64,000 nt of DNA from an uncultured Methanosarcinaceae archaeon (GCA_963833425.1 CAWHXP010000006.1:111031-175030), one strand, 5' to 3'. Shown: positions 22,533-34,295, counted from the stretch's first letter. Translations and numbers: made by a program. The notes: generated by a model not told the origin, from the sequence alone.

Positions 22533-23742
22533 ACTCTGCAACACCTCTGCAAATCAAATATATTGCCGCGTACTCAGGAACTTCTTGCATTCCCTCTTTT
22601 ACCCTTAAATCCTTACCTTTTAACTGTATCGAAAAAGGATTTGAGACAAATATTTTTACTGGTCTCTCCCCAAAGACAATAGCATCACTAAGCGGATCAA
22701 ACTTCTCTAGCTCAGATAAAGCAAGTTTCTTAACCAGCATCCCAGATCCACCGTGTAGGGAACCAGGCACCCTGATCAAACGCTTAATATCTGCAGTAAC
22801 AGGTTCATCAACGGCTACTCCAAATCCTTGCAGGAAATCTTCAATCGACTCTCGCATAAAATTGGCAGCAATACCCTTAAAGTTTCTGACATCAAAGTCA
22901 AGTCTTCCTCTCTCCAGAATATCCTTTAAACCATTTTCGCTATTTGTAACATTAATTAATTTTTTTATTGTAGTATCTCCAATCTTCTCACACCTGCGAA
23001 GCTCAGGAAACATATCTTTTTTGTATCTTTTTTTACATTCAGCTTTCATATAATCCGTCAGGTAGAGTGCAATCCTCTTTCCCCATCCTGAATCATATCC
23101 TACAAGAGTGGACTTAATTGGAACTTTTTTTATCCCTTTGAAAGTCTTTGATCCAATCCCAAATTCCCCATCCATTGCAACATCTCTGAATAGGTATTTG
23201 AAATCTAGATCTTTGCCGCTTATATAATTTACAATTTCTCTTCTTTCTGCACCCCCTAGAGTCAGGATTTTCGGGCTTATAACATGGATATGATATCCTC
23301 TGCCCCCAGAAAATACTAACTCAATCTCCTGTTCAGAAAATCCAAAATCTTCTAAAATAAAATCCATAAGCTTAAAAGTTTCCTTTTTCACAAGCTCCAT
23401 CATATCCGAATAATTTTTAGGGGCATTTGGCAAGTGATCTGCATCAAGGTCAAAAATCAACTCTGCTCCAAGCCAGATCTTTTCGTTCATTTTTCTGGCA
23501 TCAGGGTATTCATAGTACGCAGTCGAATTGTAAACATGTGCAGGGGTCATACTATATAGATAATCAAGAACATCCCCAGGCGAGCTGAAGGACTTATGCC
23601 TATACATCATCTTTTCAGGAACGCTATCATAGAAGATAAAAGCCCATTCTCTGTTAGGCAGGTGGTCAGGTAGACCTATCTCGGCATTTTTGTAATAATT
23701 ATGAAAGCGGGATTTTACAAAATTAGTGGTTCGAATGTCCAT
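22498..23742 (-). CDS. priS: DNA primase catalytic (small) subunit
   Basis: REWAF, ELIFDLDADHL, FSGGRGYH, DEPVTADIKRLIRVPGSLHG. Confidence 0.96.
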   Translation of the reverse strand: MDIRTTNFVKSRFHNYYKNAEIGLPDHLPNREWAFIFYDSVPEKMMYRHKSFSSPGDVLDYLYSMTPAHVYNSTAYYEYPDARKMNEKIWLGAELIFDLDADHLPNAPKNYSDMMELVKKETFKLMDFILEDFGFSEQEIELVFSGGRGYHIHVISPKILTLGGAERREIVNYISGKDLDFKYLFRDVAMDGEFGIGSKTFKGIKKVPIKSTLVGYDSGWGKRIALYLTDYMKAECKKRYKKDMFPELRRCEKIGDTTIKKLINVTNSENGLKDILERGRLDFDVRNFKGIAANFMRESIEDFLQGFGVAVDEPVTADIKRLIRVPGSLHGGSGMLVKKLALSELEKFDPLSDAIVFGERPVKIFVSNPFSIQLKGKDLRVKEGMQEVPEYAAIYLICRGVAEYGYRRNQPDLV

Positions 23743-24566
23743 GTTTTCAGAGCTTTGTGAATTATTGAATCTTCGAATTAAGGTTTTAGTTCAAGGTTTT
23801 TTTGATACGATAGATCAAGTCATACTTTACTTTTGTTTATATGAATCTTTTTTAGTAACTGTTAAGCCTGGAAAAAACAATATCAATAACCAACTTTACT
23901 AAAATTCAATTAGCAAATTTTGGTGGGCTAGTTATATTTAACTGTCGGCTATTGATCATGTCTTTTATTTTCCATCATTTGTTAATCAGAAATATCTATT
24001 GAGTCAAAAGATGTACAATCAAACTTATTTTGAGTAAGCTTAACAATAAAATATTTAAAATAATTCAACAATCGATTAAGAATCAGATAAATTCATTGTA
24101 TTTTACTGAGATGGATATCTATTTTTAATCCAAGATACATGTAAAGTAAGGTTTAAAATCTTTGACCTAAAAATAGGAAATACTGTAGAAGGATTTCTAG
24201 CTATTGTCCAAAAAATAAAAAAAATATCCCTGTCAACAATAATTAAAACAAATGAAATTTTTTGAATTAAAGGCGCAAACAAATTAAAGTACTTTTATTT
24301 TTTATACCCACATTAAGAAAATTTCATGTTCGTTTTTGAAGAAATTTGACTTCTTGATAAATCGAATGATACTCTATTGTGTACACTTTAACGTCGATAT
24401 AGATCACAATAGAATTAGAATATTAAGATGAAAAAAGACTATATGAGAGCACACATCTGTAAGAGAGTATGGAATTACAGATTTAAAGTAAAAGTCAAGA
24501 GATCTACTGACATTCAGATCTATTAAAAAATTAATTATGTTAATATATGACAACAAAAATTTCCAT

Positions 24567-25037
24567 TCACAACAAATTTTCAGCTATATATTCAAAAATT
24601 GTATGTTCACAATAAAGACAGTTGAGAACCACTCCTTCTTCTGCCGATTGGAGTACGGAAAACTTCGATTTTATGGGCTCACTGCTGTTAGAAATACAGT
24701 TTGAATTAATGCAGCGAACAACGCCCTCAACATAGGAAGGCAGGACGACATCATTTTTTTGAACTACTTCAAAATCCCTAATAATATTGATGGTGGCTCG
24801 CGGAGAGATCAGAGCAATCCTGTTCAACTCTTCGACATTGAGTTCCTTACCCTCTACTTTCACAACATCTTTTTTGCCTCTAGCTCCTGGAGCATTCATT
24901 ACAAAACTAATAGTTGCCCGAAAAGCGCTAGAGATTCCAAGTATGCGCAGGACATTTAATGCCTGTCCTGCCTTTATGTGATCGATGACTGTTCCATTTT
25001 CGATCGCCTGGACCTTCAAGTCACGTTTTTCTTTCAT
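24567..25037 (-). CDS. pyrI: Aspartate carbamoyltransferase regulatory chain
   Basis: IENGTVIDHI, CxNxNCISN, CxYC. Confidence 0.97.
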   Translation of the reverse strand: MKEKRDLKVQAIENGTVIDHIKAGQALNVLRILGISSAFRATISFVMNAPGARGKKDVVKVEGKELNVEELNRIALISPRATINIIRDFEVVQKNDVVLPSYVEGVVRCINSNCISNSSEPIKSKFSVLQSAEEGVVLNCLYCEHTIFEYIAENLL

Positions 25038-25969
25038 TCAACCACTCCCATGGCAAGAGCAAGAAGTGCCATCCTAATTGGAACCCCATAGAAAGCCTGC
25101 TGGAAGTAACATGCATGTGGAGTTGCATCTACTGCAGTGGAAATTTCATTGACTCGCGGAAGAGGGTGAAGAATCTTAAGGTTAGAATTCACATTTTTAA
25201 GTAGACTGCCTGTAACCTTCAGCCTGTGTTTTACCTTTTCATATTCTTCAGGGTCAAGAAAACGCTCCCTTTGAACTCTTGTCATGTAGAGTACATCTAT
25301 ATCTCCAATTATTTCCTCAAGAGAATTTGTTTCTTTTACCTTTATCTTATGCTTTTGAAGATCCTTGATTATTTCGGAAGGCAAACTGAGCTCTGGAGGC
25401 GAAACAAAAGTCATTTCAGCCCCGTAGAGGGAAAGGGCATGGCAAAGGGAATGGACAGTTCTCCCGTATTTCAAATCCCCGGCCATGGCAATTCTCAGGC
25501 TCTCAAGATGGCTTTCCCTGCGGATAGTATAAAGGTCGAGGAAGGTCTGTGTAGGGTGATGGACAGAACCATCTCCACCATTGATCACCGGAACGCTGGA
25601 AAATTCAGACGCCATCCTTGAAGATCCATCAAGAGGATGGCGCAATACTATAAGATCGGCATAGTTACTGATCACGCGAATGGTATCGGCAAGATTTTCC
25701 CCTTTCATAACAGAACTTGCCTCTACAGAACCCAGATTTAAAACATGTCCTCCAAGCCTTTGAGTAGCAACTTCAAAAGACAGCCGGGTCCTTGTACTTG
25801 GTTCAAAAAAAAGAAGGGCAACGATTTTTCCATCCAGCAGCTTAGATCTGTTTTCACCTCTAGCTACAGACTCAAGATTTTCTGCAATATCCAGAACGTA
25901 GTCGATTTCTTTGCGCGAGAAATCCTTCATTGAGATGACGTGTCGGTTCTTAAATGACATCCTGATCAA
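25034..25969 (-). CDS. pyrB: Aspartate carbamoyltransferase catalytic chain
   Basis: FFEPSTRTRLSF, HPTQ, GDLKYGRTVHS, HPLPR. Confidence 0.97.
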   Translation of the reverse strand: MIRMSFKNRHVISMKDFSRKEIDYVLDIAENLESVARGENRSKLLDGKIVALLFFEPSTRTRLSFEVATQRLGGHVLNLGSVEASSVMKGENLADTIRVISNYADLIVLRHPLDGSSRMASEFSSVPVINGGDGSVHHPTQTFLDLYTIRRESHLESLRIAMAGDLKYGRTVHSLCHALSLYGAEMTFVSPPELSLPSEIIKDLQKHKIKVKETNSLEEIIGDIDVLYMTRVQRERFLDPEEYEKVKHRLKVTGSLLKNVNSNLKILHPLPRVNEISTAVDATPHACYFQQAFYGVPIRMALLALAMGVVE

Positions 25970-26696
25970 TAAATGGTTCTCAAAGATATAACCTTTGCTC
26001 CATAAATTTTCTAGATCAGTATGGATGCAATTGAATCCATCTCTGCATCCACTTTAGGGAACGGATTTAGCTTAATTATTTTCTAAACTTGAACCAAAAT
26101 TTTGTATTCTTAAACTTAGTTTGAAAGTACAAATTTCAAAGTACATATAATTTAAATAATTAGTTATTTAATTGTCTAAAATAAATTTTTCGCAGTACTT
26201 CATATGAACCATGTGATATCTTATTTGAGATACACAATGATTTTGATGGAATGGTTACATTTTGTAGTGCAAAAGTAGATTAAAATATAAATCAGTTAGT
26301 CAATGACGGTTCTAGGAAATTGTCCATCCACGTATCATACTGTGGGTATTCGACTGAAATAATCACTTTTGACAAATCATCACAAATAGCACAAACTTGC
26401 AATATGAGGAGGGGATTTTCATGTCAGTATATTTGCCTATAAGGTATAAATATGTTAATGCCAATATCACATTATTTCTTCCTGTGTTTTTCGTTGCTCC
26501 CTTTACCAGCAAAGGTTCTTACTGAGTAGATAATTGTGCATTACAGTACATTTCGATAAATTTTTGGTTTTCAAGAATTATTTTTTTATATCATTTTATA
26601 AGAATATGATAAAATAAGGTTTATCGAAATACTCGGTGTATCGAGATAGCTTCCATTGTCTAAGCTTCTATGACTTGTTCGAGATAAAAAAATTAG

Positions 26697-27552
26697 GGTT
26701 CCGTTGCAAAAACTTCAAAAAAATATGTAAATCTATAAGTAATTAATAAAAATCAAAATATTCAAGGAAAATGTACTAATATTATAAAACTATACCAAAT
26801 AATTGATTAATGTATTTGACTTCATTAAGAGCAGAGTAATTTAGATCGATTACTTGTCCTTTTTTGATCATATTTATAGCTTCAATTCCTTTTAAAGTCT
26901 TATTAGCAGATCGAAAAGACTGAAATCCTAACATTGGATTAACGATTCTCTTTATAGATCTGTGACCTTGTTCTATGATGTTATTCAAATACTTGATTTG
27001 TCGAATGCCTAAGTTTTTAGGTAGTATTTTATCAATTTTTAGTTTATCTATAGCAGGTGGATAAGCTGGATTCTTATCAACGGTTATTAATCTTGGAATT
27101 TGATTATGATTAGAACTTAAAGCTTTCTTAAAGAATCTCTTCGATGCCTTTCTATCTAGTTTTGAACTTAACATGAAATCAATTGTATCTCCATTTGAGT
27201 CAACTGCTCGATAAAAATAGTCCCATTTACCTTTTACTTTGATATAGGTTTCAGCAACTCTCCACGAATCATTTGTTGGTCTTAAATGTCTTCTTATCTT
27301 CTTTTCTATTTCAGGGGAATATTGATGTACCCATCTCATGATTGTTGTATGGTCGACTTTTACTCCCCTTTCTGCCATCATTTCCTTTAAATTTCTATAA
27401 CTTAATGCATATTTTAAGTACCATCTTACATTTAATAGGATAATTTTCCCTTATATAATGCTTCCATTTAAAGGAATTAGATAGCATGTTACTATCTTTG
27501 GTTTTCTTTTTATTCTATTGTATCAGTAGAAAGGATTTTTTGCAACGGAACC
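26697..27552 (-). mobile_element. IS6-family insertion sequence, complete ends, inactive transposase
   Basis: TIRs GGTTCCGTTGCAAAAA / TTTTTGCAACGGAACC; 8-bp direct repeat AAAATTAG at 26689-26696 and 27553-27560. Confidence 0.93.
26782..27487 (-). pseudogene. IS6-family transposase, frameshifted
   Basis: Starts MLSNSFKWKHY, frameshifts near 27450, then IILLNVRWYLKYALSYRNLKEMMAERG..., YRAVD, VDKNPAY; WRVAETY lacks the usual catalytic D. Confidence 0.88.
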
Positions 27553-27688
27553 AAAATTAGTGTATTGTTTATAAATAATTTATATAAATGAATTCGTTGA
27601 AATAAGAATTATTTACAATATTCCATTTGCTATTGCTTTATAACCAGAAAAAAGATTCATATTGAATAAACATGTAGATTTCCAAACA

Positions 27689-27877
27689 TTTATATAATAT
27701 AATTTCTAACACAATGTTTGATGACAGAATAATACTGGCATCTGATCAGGCATCATTCCCAAGATAATTTCTCACACACCAACCCAAATACCATTATCCA
27801 TATTCCAGAATCTATGATAAAATCTTAACTTCCCACAAAACGAATTCAATTTCTGGAATGATGCCATATCTTTTTTA
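27689..27877 (+). ncRNA. Candidate stand-alone small RNA
   Basis: TTTATATA at 27689, 11-bp inverted repeat GGCATCATTCC (27749)/GGAATGATGCC (27855), T-tract after 27870; no ORF. Confidence 0.35.
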
Positions 27878-28182
27878 TAATCGCGATTTCCAATTTTGCT
27901 TCCAAAGATCCTACACTGGACAGCTGTAAATAGGGGTATAAATTTGTTTACCTATTTGCCCACTATAATTCATTGAGAGTCAGATTAATTTTTAACTTAC
28001 TGTTGTATTGAGAAAATCGATGGCATTCTTGCGTATATCTATGGAAAGTAAGAAAATATAATTATTACTACCAAATAAGACGGAAGAATAATATATTAAA
28101 GAAAAACTTATCCTGAAACTGAATATACTGTGCATTATTTTCAAATCAATATATTTATAATATAAACCTCTGATTATTTCTC

Positions 28183-29229
28183 ATGATAGATCCTGTTAAC
28201 AATTTTAAAATCCCTCAGAAATGGATCTCCCTAACCAAGCTGTCCAGAGTAGAGCTTGAAGCAAAAATAGCATCCGGGATGATTGTTATCCTGAGTGACG
28301 GGGCTATTCTCAAAAGAGGGTATACTACAGGAACCACAGCAAGTGCCGCTGCGAAAGCCGCGGTCCTTTCCATCAAGAAAACTATTAACAACGTATCAGT
28401 TCCAACTCCTGTGGGCCTAAGAGCTTATATCGATATAAGAGAGTCCTCCCAAGGGCGTGCAGTAGCAAAAAAGATACCTAATGACCACGAATCCGACATT
28501 ACGAGGGGTCTTGAATTTGTGGGTGAAGCCAGAGAAGCAAAGGAAATTAGAATTCTTGGAGGAAAAGGTATAGGGATTGTAAGAAGGGATGGACTCCCGG
28601 TTCCAAGAGACCAGCCTGCAATTAACCCCATACCCATGGATCAAATTCGATCTGCAGTACTTGAAGCGGTAGAGGAACTTGGCCTACAGGGAGCTGAAGT
28701 CATAATCTCCATCCCTGAAGGAGAAATGGTTGGAAAGAAAACTCTGAACAGTAGGATCGGAGTAGAAGGTGGTATTTCAATTCTTGGAAGTACAGGTTTT
28801 GTTGAACCCTGGAATGACCATCTCGGAGAGATGAAAGGAGATCTCATTCGCCGCACTGACAGAGTAGTTCTGACTACTGGTCGAATAGGTCTGCGTTACT
28901 CTCATATGATCTTTCCTTGTCATACCGTAGTAATGATAGGAAGCAGGATATCTGAAGGGCTTAAATCCGCTTCAGGAGATGTAATTATTTGTGGACTTCC
29001 TGGTCTTATCCTCAAATGGGGAAATCCTGAGCTTCTCAAGGACTGTGAGTACTCAACTGTTGTTGAAATGCTTGAGAAAGCCCCTAAACATGCGCGCTTA
29101 AAAGAAGCCTTTGAAATAGCAGTGGAGAAAGGAAAAGGCGCGAGAGTTGTGGTAATTGACAGAAAAGGAACTGTTCTCATGGACAGCAAGAGTAAATTTA
29201 AACCAGGCAAAAGAGAAGAAAAATTATGA
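28183..29229 (+). CDS. cbiD: Cobalt-precorrin-5B C1-methyltransferase
   Basis: [46 protein letters not shown]. Confidence 0.95.
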   Translation: MIDPVNNFKIPQKWISLTKLSRVELEAKIASGMIVILSDGAILKRGYTTGTTASAAAKAAVLSIKKTINNVSVPTPVGLRAYIDIRESSQGRAVAKKIPNDHESDITRGLEFVGEAREAKEIRILGGKGIGIVRRDGLPVPRDQPAINPIPMDQIRSAVLEAVEELGLQGAEVIISIPEGEMVGKKTLNSRIGVEGGISILGSTGFVEPWNDHLGEMKGDLIRRTDRVVLTTGRIGLRYSHMIFPCHTVVMIGSRISEGLKSASGDVIICGLPGLILKWGNPELLKDCEYSTVVEMLEKAPKHARLKEAFEIAVEKGKGARVVVIDRKGTVLMDSKSKFKPGKREEKL

Positions 29230-29813
29230 AAATTGTAGGAGTCGGTGTTGGGCCCGGCATGATTACAGAAGAAGGGATAAAGGCAATAAGAGAGGCTTTA
29301 GTGGTTTATGGTTCAAAAAGAGCACTTGAAATTGCGCAGGAGCATATAGTATGTGAAGCAAAAATAATTAAGAACTATAAGTCGCTCCATTTACTGCCTT
29401 CATATGCAGTTGTCTTATCCACAGGAGATCCTATGTTTTCAGGACTTGGGCAGTTTGCAGGTAAAGAGGATACAGTTATTCCTGGGATTTCCTCAATACA
29501 AGTAGCTTGTGCTCGTAATAAAGTGAATCTAACAAACTTATGTGCGATTACAGTTCATGGTAGAGGCTTTGAACTGGCAAAAGCCGAACTGATCCTGGAA
29601 TTAAAGAATGGAAGAAATATTTTCCTACTCCCGGAAGAGAAATTTGGTTCCCGTGAGGTTGCAGAAATTCTTAAAGAGCTGGAATTGGAAGCTGAGCTTT
29701 ATACATGTGAAAAACTCGGTTATCCTGAAGAAAGGATCTCAAAAGGCACTCCTGAAAATCCGCCTATTTCAAAAACAATTCTCTATGGGTTGCTTGTCGT
29801 GCAAAAAAGATAA
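29226..29813 (+). CDS. cbiE: Cobalt-precorrin-7 C5-methyltransferase
   Basis: [38 protein letters not shown]; overlaps cbiD stop. Confidence 0.88.
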   Translation: MKIVGVGVGPGMITEEGIKAIREALVVYGSKRALEIAQEHIVCEAKIIKNYKSLHLLPSYAVVLSTGDPMFSGLGQFAGKEDTVIPGISSIQVACARNKVNLTNLCAITVHGRGFELAKAELILELKNGRNIFLLPEEKFGSREVAEILKELELEAELYTCEKLGYPEERISKGTPENPPISKTILYGLLVVQKR

Positions 29814-30329
29814 ATTTTATTTGAACAAGTAAAAATTATGGATAATTATAATTGCGTGGTCTAGATAAGCTATTTGAGTTAGAGGAAGTGTATTTGACCT
29901 GCATCATGGAAATGATCAATTGTTTACTACCACGAAAATAAAATTTTTTTATATAAAATCTCAATTATATATGTAGGCGCATAAATGAAATATTACTGAC
30001 TCATAAAAATCGGCGGTTTATCGTAATTCTCTTTCGTTGACTTACGAATTAATTACTGAGAATTTCAATTAATATGTATGAATTTGAGCATTGATAAGTT
30101 TAAAATCTTAACATAACTATCCAAATAGCCTTTTAAGTGAATACACAATTTTTCCTCTGAAGAGGAAAATTGGATGCAAAACAAATTGGTTTAATTGTTA
30201 ATGAAGTATGAAAGAATTCTTGATCTATCTCTATGTGATAAAACTTGTTCTGCTATCATATTAGAGCAGAAAAAGAATTTTCTGTAATTTAGGGAATTTG
30301 AAAATGTGATTCTGGAAAAGTTACTCATT

Positions 30330-31245
30330 CATCCTTAATCCATGTATCGAAATTTTCTTGAACTTAATGTTTCTCCTAATTTTCTTTTAACTTTAGAAAA
30401 TATTATCCCCACAATATTTCTTTGATTATATTTAATTTTGTCAAATACCAGATTCAATTGTTTTCTATATTTTCCCCTTATTTTCTTCCTTTTTTTCTCT
30501 CTTACAGGTATAATTAAATCTGCTTTGATTTATTCTCTAATAATAGAATGTATTTTTTCTGAATCTTACCCATTATCCGTTGCATAACAATCAGACTTTC
30601 TCATTTTATTTGATTGCCTTATCAAAGCATTTACATGTTTGATTTCATAGTCTGCTTTTTGACTAATTTTCCAGCCCGACATTACCTTTTTACTTGTGTC
30701 TATTGATATTGAAGTTCTCATGGAGCTTCTTCGAAGCTTTCCTGTTCTCCTGGAAGAATAATAACCTGCATATGAACTGTTAAACCCTGTTGCATCAATC
30801 GCTACAACAGAGAAATTATCTCCATATGAGTAAAACAGCTTTAGAATCCTTGACAGAAGAAAGTTAAACAGAGAGGATGGGACCCTGGTTACAAACTTTT
30901 GAAGGGTAGTGAAATGTGAAATCTTATCAAGAGCAAGTTTTTTTATATCGCTCATAAGGTCAATAAGTTCTACAAAATTTTGATAGTCTGCACTAATATA
31001 CTCTTTCAATAAAACCAGTACAAGGAGCTGATGTTGGGTATGAACGTGTTTTAATACATGCAGAATAAAGCTTCAGTCTAGAAGACTGAACCGTTTTCAA
31101 GGCTGGAATCAACAAATTTAATGTACTTACTAAATTTCAATAGTGGATATTTCTTCATTTTTAACAAAAAAATAGAAGAGTATTCTAATGGAATAATTAT
31201 AATAAAGTAGTGTAAAAGTTCAATTTATAGCATTTTTACAGAGCC
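30330..31245 (-). mobile_element. Degenerate IS5-family element (transposase pseudogene)
   Basis: QHQLLVLVLLKEY..., HFTTLQKF, AIDATGF fragments broken by stops and frameshifts; one end reads GGCTCTGTAAAAA from 31245; other end not found. Confidence 0.75.
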
Positions 31246-31614
31246 TTCCAATGAAAGATATATATGTAATATAAAGTTCATGATGAATGAAAATTCTATA
31301 ACAGTTATGAATGTGCTCAACTCTTACAATCCCCATTTCCAGAAAGAATTTAATCACGTTGAAAAGATTATAAACATCACTAGACCAAATAGGACTATCA
31401 AAATATTGTTAATAGTTCTAAGCTGATATTATTTCTCAACGTTTTTTGGATCTTTTTTGCTTTGACATTGGAGCAGATTTGGAACGAGGGCAGGAGTTGA
31501 TGAACGAGTACTAATAAATGGCCCGAAAGCAGCTCCAGTGGGTTATGAATATTTAGTTGTAAGTCTATATCTATTTAGTTATGATGATCAAAAAATAACG
31601 ACAAGCTCAAGTGG

Positions 31615-32151
31615 TTACGAATTTTCACTGTCCATTGTTTGCTGGCCGGTTCCTACCTGATCTGCTTCACGCTCACAAACATAAGCGCCACCATTTGTGT
31701 TCCCGTACCAGCGTTGACCTTCTCCAACCAGATTAAACTTAGTTAGAATTTCTTTTAGAATGTCATTATTATCTGTCATGATTATCTCGACGTTCTGATT
31801 AAGATTCTCTGAAATAACATTCGTTTTTCTATATACCCGTCTTCCAAATTCGTCCGGAAACCTCTTTTCCAATATAAACATGCAAATCCTGCAATCTCCT
31901 GCATCTACTGCTTCTTTTATGCGTTCCAAAAGTGCTTTTGCGGCATTAGCGTTCCGCTTTTGGATAAATTTATAAAAATTAAAATATTTTTCAGAGTTCT
32001 CTGTCTTGCCCCTGTTCATATATTGATTGAATGTTTTATACGTTATTCCTGCAGCTTCGGAAGCAAAAGAATAGGTGAGTCCCAAAGAGATATTTTCACC
32101 AATTCTCTGTTGTATTTCATCGGTTAGTTTACAAGGTCTTGCCATGGTCAC
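31615..32151 (-). CDS. Terminase small subunit-like HTH protein (copy 1, longest)
   Basis: ARPCKLTDEIQQRI...ASEAAGITYKTF...MFILEKRFPDEFGRR resembles the phage TerS pattern GRPxKLT...AGI..T...LER+FP..WGR. Confidence 0.65.
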   Translation of the reverse strand: MTMARPCKLTDEIQQRIGENISLGLTYSFASEAAGITYKTFNQYMNRGKTENSEKYFNFYKFIQKRNANAAKALLERIKEAVDAGDCRICMFILEKRFPDEFGRRVYRKTNVISENLNQNVEIIMTDNNDILKEILTKFNLVGEGQRWYGNTNGGAYVCEREADQVGTGQQTMDSENS

Positions 32152-32512
32152 ACCGTTTTTTATTCAGTATAATTAATATAAGTGGATCTTGTATTTAATA
32201 TTTAGTTTAGTTCTGTTCGCGGTCGGGGTTTGTACATATCAAATCAGAGCCATTCTCCGGCGCTGTGAGCCTATTTTTTGAGTAGGGCAATTTTACTTTG
32301 AACTTAGGATAAAAGTCTCACCAGTTAGCTCAGAATAAGTCGTTTTCCGACCAAATCAAATCCCCATGATTGAAATATCGTTGCACGGTAACTACCTTTA
32401 AGATATTTTTTCATAAAATTTTATTACTTTAAAATGATATATATATTAAGTATTGTTGATAGGAAAAACCTGATAAACCGTGACTATTGTAATATCAAGA
32501 GTAGGAGAAGAG

Positions 32513-32880
32513 CGATTGTGGGGAGATTTAAGGCACTTTCTTGATTGAGTTAAGTTATTCACTTCGGGTGAATTATACGTCTGTTGTAGGGGATGAGAGT
32601 AAGTCATCCATTCATTGTCTGATAAAGGTTTCTGTCTATCATAGTTCATGAAATCGGGACTACATAATTTAATACTAATTACTTTACGTTCGTATAATAT
32701 ATTCAGAAAAGTATATAATTAATTAAATTTAATTTTGTTTAATAAATTTCCCCGTATATCAAATGAATGCAAAATCTAGCTGTAGGCATCCCCTTCGTCT
32801 GCAGCTCATAAGATTACCCTTTTTACATCTAAAATCAGCTGGATCACCTAAGCTAATAATATGAATTTGGATTCCATAAT
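32513..32880 (+). ncRNA. Repeated TATA-hairpin-U-tract element, copy 1 (candidate sRNA locus)
   Basis: TATATAA 32712, stem AGCTGTAG/CTGCAGCT 32778-32806, T-run 32820; homologous to 39119, 46606 and 61968. Confidence 0.45.
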
Positions 32881-33000
32881 CATGGAAAATTATACTAAAA
32901 TATTAAATGAATAAGGGAGATTTTGATTTCCCCACAATTCTTTTAGAACAGGATCGATACAATTTATAACAAATTATTTAACAATTCTTCAGTTAGATAT

Positions 33001-33408
33001 CTACAATTTATCTCCATGACCAATTTTTGAATCGGTCAGCAAAAACAAAGGTTTTACTTCTGTATTACCATCCTTATCGGTTATAGTGCAACCCAATTCA
33101 TGAATAACACCAAGTTGTTGATCAAACTCAGCTATTTGCTCTTGCATTGTTTTTTCGTGTGATGTGAAATATCTATGTTTACCTGTTTTGTCAAAAAATA
33201 CCGGAGTACACAAAAAAGAATGTTTCTCGATTGATGGGTCACAATCTACAATAAGTGCACTTGCGACTTTCCAAAGCTGTATCGTACCTTCTTCCCATTT
33301 ACACCGACGATCTTGGAGATAGTCTTCGTTTAATTTCGGCATCATTTGCAATGCAAATTCTGGACTAATTTCTTGTCTATAGTCGTCAATGAAACTCATT
33401 TTACTCAC
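33001..33408 (-). CDS. Hypothetical protein (element backbone)
   Basis: 135 aa, GGTGA RBS, overlaps the stop of the upstream HTH gene. Confidence 0.65.
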   Translation of the reverse strand: MSKMSFIDDYRQEISPEFALQMMPKLNEDYLQDRRCKWEEGTIQLWKVASALIVDCDPSIEKHSFLCTPVFFDKTGKHRYFTSHEKTMQEQIAEFDQQLGVIHELGCTITDKDGNTEVKPLFLLTDSKIGHGDKL

Positions 33409-33625
33409 CTTTCACTTTCTGCCAACCATAACCGTCGCCTTCAATTTCTATTTTATTTACTTTACCTTCATTTACAAGCTTATAAAGCATGTTTTTAGCA
33501 GTAGACCTGCTACATCCTACTAGGCTCATAATAGTAGCAGTGGACCTGATTCTATCAATTGATAGAGCATTCAGAAACATATCTTCTGTAAATTTCTGTT
33601 GAAATCTTGTTTTACCACCTTTCAT
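33401..33625 (-). CDS. Small winged-HTH DNA-binding protein
   Basis: STATIMSLVGCSRSTAKNMLYKLVNEGKV..IE...GW wHTH pattern. Confidence 0.7.
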   Translation of the reverse strand: MKGGKTRFQQKFTEDMFLNALSIDRIRSTATIMSLVGCSRSTAKNMLYKLVNEGKVNKIEIEGDGYGWQKVKGE

Positions 33626-33820
33626 ATTATTCGATCTACCGCCCGTTAATTTTCAAGAAACTACGCTACTATATACGATTTATTAGTATTTATACTTTTA
33701 TTATCACTTAGTAATGGTAATGGTTATTGATAACATTTTGATGCTTGGATAGCTGGTTATGTAGAAAATTTTGATGAAAGAAATTTGAACGAAGAAATTT
33801 TAAAAATAGAACAGACAAAA

Positions 33821-34144
33821 AATTGATATTCAGGCTAACTCTGTTCGTTATGTATATTTCATATTAGAAGCAAGCCTTCCGCTATTATATTCCCCAAAGT
33901 TCCCAATTATTCCCGTTATTTTCCCATTATATTCCCATTAAAAATAATATAAAAACAATAACAAGGGATTGGAAAATCATAAAATAAGGGGAATTATATT
34001 CCCAAAATAAAAAAATGATATAGGATTTCATAAAGCAATATCTGAAATATTAGAATGTCAAAAAATATAGTTTTTTATTTCTTTCTTGCATTTTCGGGCT
34101 TTTGGGAATAAAATGTCAACTGATTGCGTTTCAATGGGAAAATG
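33821..34144. repeat. Iteron/ori-like element copy 1 (right cluster truncated)
   Basis: TTCCC cluster then ATTAAAAATAATATAAAAACAATAACAAGGG... core shared with copies 2-4; breaks after CAATGGGAAAAT. Confidence 0.85.
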
Positions 34145-34295
34145 AACGTCTTTCGCGTATTGAAACGAAATCTTACCGTGCTTTCGCTTGCTAGGATGAG
34201 AGCTTTAACGACGACAAAACCACAGTGACATACTTTGTCTGATAAAAATATATTTCTCCCCTGAGCATGACTGCTCATTGGAAAAGTATACATGG

